From assembly GCA_950097015.1 (NCBI GenBank), contig CATNEN010000038.1, forward strand, positions 12,152,001 through 12,216,000: DNA of 64,000 nt. The letters run 5' to 3'. This DNA comes from Macrostomum hystrix. Lineage: Eukaryota > Animalia > Platyhelminthes. Shown piece by piece: positions 12,901 to 24,500 of this stretch (positions are counted from its first letter, which is position 1; the number at the start of each line of letters is the position of its first letter). The position numbers and the translations under genes were made by a program. Under the pieces are notes generated by a model that saw only the letters and a program-made list of their open reading frames with translations, had not been told where the DNA came from and did not search any database.

Positions 12901-13202
12901 TACTTAGAGGAGAGAGGATAACAGTCAGGCTGAGGAAATAACTCTCTGAAACAGAGGGGATAATGTTTAAAATGGGACGATAAAACATCAACATTAGGGA
13001 CAGCCATACCGTAACGCAAAGTCTCGCGCTTTTGCAAAATCAGTTGCTTTTTATGCTTTTGACAGTCAGTAAATTGTGTATGTAGCTAGTCAAAAGGAAT
13101 CATTTTTTATTGTCACTCTCTTGGGTCTCTATACAATGTACTTCTACACGTCGCGTCGTGCACCTGTGAAGTTTCCTTGAGTATCCTTATTCCTTATTCC
13201 TT

Positions 13203-13564
13203 AATAATAATTGCAGGAGGGCTGCGGGCAATGGCACATCATTTAGTGACACCAGGCCCAGGGCACGCAAGGAGGCAATTCTGCCCATTTCGCTGACTCC
13301 TGAGCACACACGCACACAGACACTACACGCAGGCACACGCTCACACAGGGGTGTGTACATCTGCCCTGACTTTCTCATAGTCAGGCAGTGTACACTTCAC
13401 TGTGCCTTGAAGGCTGGCCCTCAAGGGCGTAAATTGCACGACAAGCCACCAAGCCTTCTCTCCGCGTTTGCGTCCCAGACAAATGTGGCCTCGCCGCGGA
13501 ATCGAGCTCAGGGACCTTGGTGCGAGAGTGAGACCGCCTTAGACGGCTCTGCAACTCACTCCCC
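13203..13564 (-). mobile_element. tRNA-derived SINE family A, near full-length copy; partial copies at ~958-1185, 3380-3560, 4995-5130, 18720-18860, 54880-54935, 61040-61265, 61640-61880
   Basis: Minus-strand head GGGGAGTGAGTTGCAGAGCCGTCTAAGGCGG...GAGCTCGATTCC (A/B-box-like), shared body, (TTA)n tail; dispersed copies in both orientations. Confidence 0.75.
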
Positions 13565-13970
13565 ATCTGCAATTGTTTTTATAATACCATAGTACCTAAT
13601 ACCTTAATACCTAAGGTAGTTGAACAATACATAAGAAATGAAATAAAACAAGGCAGATCATTAATCAATCATTGCAATAATTTTTCCATCAAAAAAACAA
13701 GAAGTACTTCAAACAACTAAACTCAGTACATGCTACACTAATATATTATCTACTAGATTAACCGGAACTACGCAATGAAAATGACTCGCAAATATCAAAA
13801 TATATGATGAAAAATATACGCTCATATGATGACATTCTACTTGTTTTAACAAATTTTAATCCGCATCACATTTACGTATTTATACATCTACTATGCTACT
13901 AACTAGTAGTAGTAACCCAATGTTAAAATAGAGAATAGGCAAGCTTCTCATTGTCCTGCTCAGACGAAAG

Positions 13971-15771
13971 TTACAGCGACTGCAGCAATTCATTAGCCAG
14001 TGTACAGGTGGCCTTGGTTGGATCCGGTTCAACATGAAGCTGCTTAATAACGCCGTCTTCAACTAGCATGGCAAACCGCTTGGCCCTCAGGCCGCCGAGC
14101 ACGTGACTGAGATCTAGTGCCAAATCAGTGGCCTTCACAAAGATAGCCTGGGTATCGCTCAGCATTCGGACCTGAAAAAGGCAACACAACACTTTGATTT
14201 ATGGAGCTATTGTAAAATAGGTAAAAGGCAAAAGGTATAGAGCCACTTTTTCAGTCCATATAAAGCCACTTCTACAGTCCATATAGAGCCACTTCTACAG
14301 TCCATATAGAGCCACTTCTACAGTCCATACAAAGCCACTTCTACAGTCCATATAGAGCCACTTCTACAGTCCATATAGAGCCACTTCTACAGTCCATATA
14401 GAGCCACTTCTACAGTCCATATAGAGCCACTTCTACAGTCCATATAGAGCCACTTCTACAGTCCATATAGAGCCACTTCTACAGTCCATATAGAGCCACT
14501 TCTACAGTCCATATAGAGCCACTTCTACAGTCCATATAGAGCCACTTCTACAGTCCATATAGAGCCACTTCTACAGTCCATATAGAGCCACTTCTACAGT
14601 CCATACAAAGCCACTTCTACAGTCCATATAGAGCCACTTCTACAGTCCATATAGAGCCACTTCTACAGTCCATATAGAGCCACTTCTACAGTCCATATAG
14701 AGCCACTTCTACAGTCCATATAGAGCCACTTCTTCAGTCCATATAGAGCCACTTCTTCAGTCCATATAAAGCCACTTCTACAGTCCATATAGAGCCACTT
14801 CTTCAGTCCATATAAAGCCACTTCTTCAGTCCATATAGAGCCACTTCTACAGTCCATACAAAGCCACTTCTACAGTCCATATAGAGCCACTTCTTCAGTC
14901 CATATAAAGTCCATATAGAGCCACTTCTTCAGTTCATATAAAGTCCATATAGAGCCACTTCTTCAGTTCATATAAAGTCCATATAGAACCACTTCTACAG
15001 TCCATATAGAGCCAGTTCTACAGTCCATATAAAGCCACTTCTACAGTCCATATAGAGCCACTTCTTCAGTCCATATAAAGTCCATATAGAGCCACTTCTT
15101 CAGTTCATATAAAGTCCATATAGAGCCACTTCTTCAGTTCATATAAAGTCCATATAGAGCCACTTCTTCAGTTCATATAAAGTCCATATAGAGCCACTTC
15201 TTCAGTTCATATAAAGTCCATATAGAGCCACTTCTTCAGTTCATATAAAGTCCATATAGAGCCACTTCTTCAGTTCATATAAAGTCCATATAGAGCCACT
15301 TCTTCAGTTCATATAAAGTCCATATAGAGTCGGTTCTTACACATTGGCTGATGCACCCAGCCATAATCATTCGCTCACCTTTCCCCCAGCTCCGTTAGCG
15401 TCCGACCAGGCCTGCATAACAAACGGATCGTTAACAGACAGGCAGAACACCTGGTTGATGCCTTTAGCCTTCAGCTTGTCGTAGTCTTGCACATAGCTGG
15501 GCAGGTGGACCCGACTGCAGGTGGGTGTGAATGCGCCGGGCACGCCAAACAGAATGCAGCGATTCTTAGCAAACAAATCCTGCAGATTCACTTTCTTCAG
15601 CTCGGGGCCTTCGAACAGCTCAACAGCTGGCAGCTTGTCGCCGACCTTCAGCGACAGGGCGCGACTAAACAGCAGCGACTGCGGCGGCAGCTGATGGCGC
15701 CCAAGCAGGCCAATGCTGGACGAGAGGCGATGCATTTGCTGCAAATATGGCATTGGGAAATTCTGCGTCAT
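13971..15771 (-). CDS. PRDX5: Peroxiredoxin-5; exons 15771 (or 15735)-15379 and 14171-13971
   Basis: KVGDKLP, FGVPGAFTPTCSRVHLP (peroxidatic Cys), CLSVNDPFVMQAW, RAKRFAMLVEDG..VEPD..TCTLA (resolving Cys); GT-AG phase-0 intron 15378-14172; N-terminal extension resembles a mitochondrial presequence. Confidence 0.95.
14240..15330. repeat. 23-bp minisatellite (CAGTCCATATAGAGCCACTTCTA)n filling the PRDX5 intron
   Basis: Tandem units visible. Confidence 0.95.
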
Positions 15772-15774
15772 GTC

Positions 15775-16200
15775 ACCCCACTCTGACATCTGCCCTGACA
15801 CCTGCACTGACACACCCACTCTGACATCTGCCCTGACACCTGTACTGACACACCCACTCTGACATCTGCCCTGACACCTGCACTGACACACCCACTCTGA
15901 CATCTGCCCTGACACCTGTACTGACACACCCACTCTGACATCTGCCCTGACACCTGCACTGACACACCCACTCTGACATCTGCCCTGACACCTGTACTGA
16001 CACACCCACTCTGACATCTGCCCTGACACCTGTACTGACACACCCACTCTGACATCTGCCCTGACACCTGCACTGACACACCCACTCTGACATCTGCCCT
16101 GACACCTGTACTGACACACCCACTCTGACATCTGCCCCGACACCTGCACTGACACACCCACTCTGACATCTGCCCCGACACCTGCACTGACACACCCAAT
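15775..16200. repeat. 38-bp minisatellite (CTCTGACATCTGCCCTGACACCTGCACTGACACACCCA)n immediately upstream of PRDX5
   Basis: ~11 units visible. Confidence 0.95.
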
Positions 16201-16395
16201 AGGACATCTTACCTCACATGATTTTATAGTAATTTTACTGTAATTGATTGAGCTGAATGGGCACTTTTTTAAAGAAATTTAAAATGTATTCGGAGTGCTA
16301 AACTCATTTGACACGTGGACAAAACTATCGGTTAAAATACTGACAGGAATGTTTTATAAGACACAGAAAATTCACAATAGAAAAATCTACAAAAG

Positions 16396-16824
16396 TTATA
16401 AATTTAACAAAATGTTAAAGCCAGGAAAATCGGCATTATTGAACAACTGCCCGTTGTAGAACTCAACGGAAACAATCCGACCTCCAAAATAACGACCGTT
16501 GATAGCTTCAAAAGCTCGAGCAGCCTCATCTGAATTGGCATACTGGATCAATACGGCGCAGTCACCTGAGCTGTCCTCTGCGATCAACAGTCGCAGAACA
16601 GTGCCAAATTTATTACATTCGCTTCTCACATCGTCGCGAAAATCAACGTCGGCCTCTTCAATCGAGGCCAGCATGTTTCGCAGAATCAACACCGAATTTG
16701 GCGGCGGCTGCGGCTGCGGCTGCAAGTTAAATTTAGGATTGAACAACTTAGAATCGTTGAATATCTCGACGATGTTGATGTTTTGAGAGTCTGGAAGTTG
16801 TCTCATCGGATAGAGCGGACACAT
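16396..16824 (-). CDS. Second, diverged PUF60-type UHM (U2AF-homology RRM) coding segment: stand-alone UHM-only gene or alternative terminal exon
   Basis: SVLILRNML..EEADVDFRDDVRSECNKFGTV..AFEAINGRYFGGRIVSVEFY aligns by eye with the PUF60 last exon 18071-18427, including the R-x-F motif. Confidence 0.8.
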   Translation of the reverse strand: MCPLYPMRQLPDSQNINIVEIFNDSKLFNPKFNLQPQPQPPPNSVLILRNMLASIEEADVDFRDDVRSECNKFGTVLRLLIAEDSSGDCAVLIQYANSDEAARAFEAINGRYFGGRIVSVEFYNGQLFNNADFPGFNILLNL

Positions 16825-17871
16825 TTTAGTCGGTGTTTTGGATTCTCATGGCGATGCTGGGAAATTTTAGGAGACAGAAAAAAAAGAAAAATTTGGTCTT
16901 TGTAAACCCCCCTGTTGTTGTCTTTCTACTACTGAAAACGCCAAGCTTTCCTACCAACCCCGTCATTTTAAAGCATCCAAATCTGATTGGTTCAAAACTA
17001 TTTCTACCCCCAAATCGGGCGCGGATTGGCTGCGCCTATTTTTATGCTTGCTGTCTGTCACGTGCGCAGGCCACATGTAAATATATTTATGTTCCTGTAT
17101 TTCTGTACTGAACATGCCAAATCTCGTATGAAAAACAACTTGTAAGAAAAGCAAGCGAATTCTAACTACAATTACGACACAAGCATCAAGCATAGGACAG
17201 GTGCCATGTTTCAACTTTTATTGGATTATTATGACGATTTGTATTACTCTAGTTACTAAATAGTGAGTGCAATAAACAAACCATTTTGAAGAAAGGCATG
17301 GGACAAACTTATAATTTTGCAATCGTTTCTGTTACAAAGTTCCATTTAAGAAGCGTTGAAAATAATAATTAGTTTATTACTTTATTAGTACAATTGTTAA
17401 ATAGTAAGACAATAATAATAATGTAGGTATGGTCAGTATTAAACTCGGAAATGACGCTAGGTAACAAAATAAAAGAGTAGTCCTTTAGTTAGAAACGGCC
17501 TATTAGATTTCATATACTTGTAACCCATAGTTAAATTTGACGTTAAAAACTACTATTAGTAGAAAGCTACTTATAGTAGTATAATAAATTGAGAGAATAA
17601 TATATTATAGATTAATAGACAAGAGAAAACGCGACGCTTATAATTTTGCTCACAAAATAGGATAATGTAAAAAACACTAACAAAAGCATAAGTTACAAAA
17701 CACTGCGATTGCAAATTTTCCGAGATCATTCGGGAAGTATAGTGTCTGTTTTAAGAAATATTTAGACTTATCATTCGGTTCGAAAAACAATGTACAATAA
17801 AAAGTGTCTATGAATTTTGCTAGCCAAACTTTGCCTGCGGAATTTTCGCTAAGGGAAAAATAATAAGTTGG

Positions 17872-17937
17872 ACCAGTGGAGTCGGGAATCGAACCCCCGA
17901 CCTTTAAGACGTGAGTCCGACCACTAAGCTACAACCT
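17872..17937 (-). mobile_element. tRNA-like head of SINE family B
   Basis: Minus strand GGTTGTAGCTTAGTGGTCGGACTCACG...GGTTCGATTCCCGACTCCACTGG; matches the heads at 56354 and ~42290. Confidence 0.65.
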
Positions 17938-18070
17938 GTGTAATCAACTCCTACACTTCCTAGCAAAAGTTCTGCAGGCAAAATTAGGTTTGCAAAAGTA
18001 CAACATTAAATTGAACAGTTGGTACAGACAGAGAGAGAGAGAAATGTTCTCAAGCTGCTCCGGCTAAGCC

Positions 18071-21000
18071 TCAGCCAGTATAGTTACCGTTCTCAAACAG
18101 CTGCTCATCGTAGAACTCAGCCGAGACACGACGGCCGCCGAAGAATCGACCGTCCAGACCTTCGATAGCCCGGCTAGCTTCGGACGATTCAGCGAATCGA
18201 ACAAAGACCACAACAGTACCGCCGTCAACCGGGGCGTACACAATCAGGCTGACAACCGTGCCAAACTTGGCGCACTCCTCCGTCACGTCCTCCTGGAACT
18301 GGTCGTCCAATTCTTCAGCGGAGCCGACCAGATTTCGAAGCGTCATCACCGGACTGGGCCGCATCAGGCGCTGCATCAGAACTTGGCGAGCCTCGGTGCC
18401 GCGAACTGTCGGCTCCGACTCCAGCATCTGCTCCGTGCCAATCTCCGGGTTGCTGTTATTGTGACTGTTACCATGACTACCGACAGCGGAGGCGGTGGCG
18501 GATGATGCGGATGCAAATTCTGAAGTTCATGAAGAATTGTTTTTAAAACAAAAAATTCGAACCTGATTTAAGAGGCGATGATGAATATCGATTTCTGCGA
18601 GTGATCAGGCGGGGGAGATGGGGGAGCGGCGAAGTTGTTGATGCTGGTTGCTATGGTTACTAAAAAATCTCACCAAAAGTCGCAGAGTACGAACCCGCAA
18701 CGAAGTCACATTCATTAGGGTGCAAAGTGAGAATGCGCTGCCTGACGATAAGAAAGTCAGAGCAGATGTACACACACACGACTGAGTTTGTACCTCAGCA
18801 CAGTACCTGTGTGTGCATGTGCTTTCAGGAGTTGATGAAATGGGCAGAATTGCCTCTAGCTGGCTGCGGGTCCACTGGCACCAGCTGATGCGCCAGTGAA
18901 CTGCTCAAAATTAACCAGAGCATTAAAACTAAAATAGTTTTGAATTGCTATGATATATCTACCTATACCAAAATAAGCTAAACTTAAAGTGGTCCAAAAA
19001 TCATGATTAGACAGAGGATTAGACAGTGAGAGGAGCGGAAGGGAGTTGTAGAAGTCTGAGGTCCACGTAGGATATCGGCTGCGGCTGCACGGCGCCGCGA
19101 TGAGGGCGTTGCTGATTGGCTGCGCGACCAATGCCGGAGGCCTTCTCTGATTGGCTAGCTTAAGCCAGCCAATAGTAAGCAAGCAAATAATTTTGCACAC
19201 GGTCGGAGCCGGGCCTCACACAGCTCAGCACTGCTCTACTCTTCAACTGCTAAAATTGGAAGTCGGTCAGGATGGAAAGAGAGGAGAAAGTGACAGTGCG
19301 TGAATAAAAAACTTTGTGAAACTAAATAGACCATAAACTATATTGATTCAAATCTTTCCTATCTGAAAAACGGCTTAACGAATTGCGGAAAATATTGTAG
19401 AAGGATAGAGTACGAGTGGAAGACAGGCGAGAAAGGGAGACAGGCAACGAATATGATGATGCGTGAATGAGGCTTCTAAAGCGCTTACATTTATAGGATA
19501 TTTGAAGACAATCCGACATGTATCGAAATATGTATTTGAGTATTATATATTGAAGGACGAAATAAGTAGGTTTTCTAATTAAATAACACTGGAAGCCGCT
19601 AGACACAAACAACCGCTTGTCTCTCGATCCCCTAATGTTTGTTTAAAACAACTGCATCGTTAGTCCCGCTAATTCAACAATTTGACAAACAATGAAACAA
19701 ACAAACTATTGTGTTGCTGGTTCTAGAATAAAACAATCATAGATGAACTCACGTTGATTTTGAGACTGATTCGGTTCAAGGTGCTGCGTTGCTGAGGCGG
19801 CAGTCACGGCAGCGGACGGCTTGCCTGGCTGGTTAGTCAGTGCAGCTGCTAGGCCTGGCATTAGACTGGTGGGATTGTTAATAGCCTTGCCGACACGAAT
19901 CAGCTGGCCGCCAAGATCGAAATTGTTCATACTGCCCATGGCGTCCAGGGCTGCTTGGGTCTGCGGGAAATTTTGTTTATCCTTTTATTAATTACACATA
20001 AATTATTAGACATGTTTTATTTATGCTTTATCTATGGAAAATGCGCCGTATTTATGGAAATATGTCGTAACTAGGGAAACGCGTTGTAACAAGGACATGT
20101 AAGTTGGGAAAAATTTGAACCAAGGATATATCAACCACTAGTAGTCACTTTGGGAAACCCAGGTAACTATTGAAAAACACCTGTCCCTTTAGGTAAACAA
20201 TTGTCACTAAAGGTATGCACATAATACTATAGATAAACACCTGTCACTATAGGAAAACACCTGTCACCATACAAAAAACACCCGTTACTATACAAAAAAC
20301 ACCTGTCACCATACAAAAAACACCTGTCACCATACAAAAAACACCTGTCACCATACAAAAAACACCTGTTACTATACAAAAACACCTATCACCATACAAA
20401 AAACACCTGTCACCATACAAAAAAACACCTGTCACCATACAAAAAAACACCTGTCACCATACAAAAAAACACCTGTCACCATACAAAAAACACCTGTCAC
20501 CATACAAAAAACACCTGTTACTATACAAAAACACCTGTCAATATAGGAAAACACGTGTTACTATACAAATAAACACCTGTTACTATACAAAAAACACCTG
20601 TCACCATAGGAGAACACCTGTCACACCTATAGGAAAACACCTGTCACTATAGGAAAACACCTGTCACTATAGGAAAACACATGTCACTATAGGACACCTG
20701 TCACCTGTCAATATAGGTAAACACCTGTCACTCAACATCAATCAAGCAATTAACATCAAGCTCAATAAACAGTCATACCGCAGGCCAACAGTCACACTAA
20801 ACGGCAGTTGCACTCACCGTCTCATACTGAATGTAGCCGTATCCCCTGTGCCTCTCCGGCCGCTTAGGATCAGGCACCAGAGCACAATACTTGACCGGTC
20901 CGAAAGCCTCAAATACGGAGCGCAGCTCAGTCTCAGTCAGGTCTAGGTGCACATTGCACACATACACCGTGGACTGCAGTCCAGCCTGTTGAACTAGATC

Positions 21001-22722
21001 TTCGACTAGCTGGGCTGGCTGCGGAACATTGCTTGGCCGGCTGACTCGCAGGGTCCGACCAGTCAGCACAACGCCATTCATGCAGTCGATAGCCAGGGTG
21101 GCAGCTTCGGGCAGATCGTATTCAACAAAGGCGAAGCCCTTGTGCCGCTGCTGCACAGGATCCCAGCCAATGTCCAGGCTGCGCATTGGGCCGAAGATGA
21201 CGAAGGCTCGCTTAAGGGCTTCCTCGTTGGCGTCCGAACCGATGCCGCCGACGTAGACTCGGCTAAGCAGCAGCTGAGCTTGAGCTCTGGTATTTGGGCA
21301 GGTAATGTGTTACGCATGGAGGTCGCTAAAGGGGGTCAATCAGTTTGACCTAGATTAGAGAAGGGGGTCAATCAGTTTGACCTAGATAAGAGAAGGGGGT
21401 CAATCAGTTTGACCTAGATAAGAGAAGGGGGTCAATCAGTTTGACCTAGATTAGAGAAGGGGTCAATCTGTTTGACCTAGATTAGAGACGGGGGTCAATC
21501 AGTTTGACCTAGATTAGAGAAGGTGGTCAATCAGTTTGACCTAGATAAGAGAAGGGGGTCAATCAGTTTGACCTAGATTAGAGAAGGGGTCAATCTGTTT
21601 GACCTAGATTAGAGAAGGTGGTCAATCTGTTTGACCTAGATTAGAGAAGGTGGTCAATCTGTTTGACCTAGATTAGAGACGGGGGTCAATCAGTTTGACC
21701 TAGATTAGAGAAGGTGGTCAATCTGTTTGACCTAGATTAGAGAAGGTGGTCAATCTGTTTGACCTAGATTAGAGAAGGGGGTCAATCAGTTTGACCTAGA
21801 TTAGAGAAGGTGGTCAATCTGTTTGACCTAGATTAGAGAAGGTGGTCAATCTGTTTGACCTAGATTAGAGACGGGGGTCAATCAGTTTGACCTAGATTAG
21901 AGAAGGGGGTCAATCTGTTTGACCTAGATTAGAGACGGGGGTCAATCAGTTTGACCTAGATTAGAGAAGGGGGTCAATCAGTTTGACCTAGATTAGAGAA
22001 GGTGGTCAATCTGTTTGACCTAGATTAGAGAAGGTGGTCAATCTGTTTGACCTAGATTAGAGAAGGGGGTCAATCAGTTTGACCTAGATTAGAGACGGGG
22101 GTCAATCTGTTTGACCTAGATTAGAGAAGGGGGTCAATCAGTTTGACCTAGATTAGAGAAGGTGGTCAATCTGTTTGACCTAGATTAGAGAAGGTGGTCA
22201 ATCTGTTTGACCTAGATTAGAGAAGGTGGTCAATCAGTTTGACCTAGATTAGAGAAGGTGGTCAATCTGTTTGACCTAGATTAGAGAAGGTGGTCAATCT
22301 GTTTGACCTAGATTAGAGACGGGGGTCAATCAGCTTAACCTACATCAGAGAAGGAGGCTATACGGCTAACCTAGATGAGAAAATAAGTACAAAGTTAAAT
22401 ATTATATTTATATAGAACTAAAAAACGCTTCTAACCTTCTCATATTAAGCATCTGCTGGTCGTGACTGTGCAGCGATTGCTTCTTCAGCGCCCGCTGAAT
22501 ACTGAGCTCCAGTGCGAATCGTTTCGCAGACTCCAGCCTCACAGCTTCATCGCCAGTTGGTCTTTGCACAATGCTGCACGGCCTGTGTCGCCTGACGCAG
22601 CCAGAGCCGCGGCACATCAGGGTCTTCTGCTCCCACTGGTGATGCATGGGATTGGATGATTGCGGCAGGCCATTGCTAGTAAGCAGACTGTCTATGGCCG
22701 ACCTGGCTGGCCGATCGGCCAT
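18071..22722 (-). CDS. PUF60: Poly(U)-binding splicing factor PUF60/half-pint; confident exons 22722-22436, 21286-20818, 19960-19753, 18519-18071 (possible extra small linker exons near 18563-18650 and 19070-19150)
   Basis: ESAKRFALELSI..KQ, RRM1 RVYVGGI..WDPVQQRHKGFAFVEYDLPEAA..RPSN, RRM2 VYVCNVHLDL..FEAFG..HRGYGYIQY..MNNFDLGGQLIRVGKA, terminal UHM ECAKFG..LDGRFFGGRRVSAEFYD; GT-AG phases consistent. Confidence 0.92.
20175..20730. repeat. ~21-bp minisatellite (ACACCTGTCACCATACAAAAA)n in a PUF60 intron
   Basis: Tandem units visible. Confidence 0.9.
21330..22340. repeat. 32-bp minisatellite (GACCTAGATTAGAGAAGGGGGTCAATCAGTTT)n in PUF60 intron 1
   Basis: ~31 tandem units. Confidence 0.95.
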
Positions 22723-23159
22723 TACGCAAACTTTGTAATCCAGGGCTTGCTGTGGAATTTAATTAGCTTACAGAGTAATTCGATAATTTCTTATGTTTTT
22801 TCACATAAGAGGAAAGGGATAGTATGTCTATTGTGCATATAATGTGTACATTCTACTGCTATAATGATGGGCGGCGGAGGCTTGCGGCACTGGGGGCACG
22901 CGTCCTCCCCCCAGCATTAAGCTATTTTAGAAGTCCAAACAAGCATTGTGTTGCTAAACAAATGATTATCAGATTGAATGAAATAGGAGTTTAAGTTTGG
23001 TTTCGGCGCATTAAGCATTTGATTCTAATTTGTCATTTACATATACGGCCTTGATGGCTAATGATAGAGATTGCATTGGCCCCTCCTATAGCCTTCACTC
23101 CGATCTTCCCTGGCTCTGTGCCCCAGACTCCAAAACAGTGATCCACCCCAATGGTGACT

Positions 23160-23542
23160 AACCGACCCCTACCCCAACCCAGTGTAAATTGATAAAAAAC
23201 CAAACGACCCCACCCCAACCCAGTGTACATTGATAAAAAACCCAACCGACCCCACCCCAATCCAGTGTACATTGATTAAAAAAACCTAACCGACCCCACC
23301 CCAACCCAGTGTACATTGACAAAAAACCCATACGACCCCACCCCAACCCAGTGTACATTGATAAAAAAACCCAACCGACCTCACCCCAATCCAGTGTACA
23401 TTGATTAAAAAAACCTAACCGACCCCACCCCAACCCAGTGTACATTGATAAAAAACCCATACGACCCCACCCCAACCCAGTGTACATTGATAAAAAAACC
23501 CAACCGACCCCACCCCAACCCAGTGTACATAGATAAAAACCC
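23160..23542. repeat. ~45-bp minisatellite (ACCGACCCCACCCCAACCCAGTGTACATTGATAAAAAACCCA)n
   Basis: Tandem units visible. Confidence 0.9.
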
Positions 23543-23779
23543 TTGCCCGGTCTTGCTCTTTTTTCGTAGTATAGTGGTAGTTGGGGAGGACACTGGCATT
23601 GAATTTATTAACATTATGTACCCATGACACTGGGGTAGGCAGTAATGGACAGAGATGGGAATGTGTGAGGACTGTGCAGTAAATATAAGTTCAATGCCTG
23701 TTGCTTCTTGCCAGTTTTTCCCAAATTCTAACTTTGCTATGTTTGCATCGCCATAGCTGCACATTTACTTCGACATTAC

Positions 23780-24500
23780 TGCCAGCCAGCCTTAAACTCA
23801 GCTTCTGATACCAACACTCTACAAACATTCCTACAACATCCTAAATGTCTAAGTTTTTTAATCAAGACATTGAAAATAAGCTTTTGCAAATGGGCAAGCA
23901 GGTTTTGTGAGACCTGGTTAAGCAAGTAAAGGATGCAAAATACTTCACTATTCTGGCTGATCAAACCACTGACTTGTAAAGGAATCCAGAAACTGTGCAT
24001 TGCATTGCGTTGGGTTGATCCCCAGTTAAACATATCAGAAGGCTTCATTGGCTTCTATGAAGTATCTGATGCCACTGCTAGTGGAATTACTCAGCTTAAT
24101 GCTAGATGCAGTTTTAGGACTAATGCTAGGCAGCAGCTGCATTCATAGACCAGGGTATGATGGATGTTCAACCATGGCTGCTTAATTAGTATAATGGCCA
24201 GAAGAATTCAAGAAATTGAGCCTATGGTCATTGTTGTTCAATTTATGGCTTATTCAATTAATTTGGAAACAAGAACTATATGGCTTTGAATATAAAGCTT
24301 TTTTGCTTTTTCTCAAAAGATAGAAAATAATGGATAAATGGAATCTGCATTTTATGGAATTTTCTGGTCTAGAACTGTAATGCAAAGGCCTTTTCATTAA
24401 CAATTTGCTGCTTATAGCCAAGCTGGCATACATAAAATAACCTAACATTCCTTATTTTTCTCCTGGCTTGCACCCAACATAATGGGTTGCACATGGAGCA
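23780..24500 (+). pseudogene. Decayed hAT-superfamily transposase (ZMYM1-like)
   Basis: Frame-broken pieces KYFTILADQTTD, QKLCIALRWVD..ISEGFIGFYEVSDATASGI, GYDGCSTM, IQEIEPM..VQFMAYSINL match the hAT DDE core (FSxxxDExTD..YDGA..CxxHxxNL). Confidence 0.75.

Noticed and set aside
15772-16207. N-terminal Cys/Gln repeat extension of PRDX5
   Set aside because: Translation of the 38-bp minisatellite upstream of the real ATG
17872-17937. Possible tRNA gene (also 56354-56425)
   Set aside because: Cloverleaf incomplete and other copies continue into a shared SINE body; treated as SINE heads
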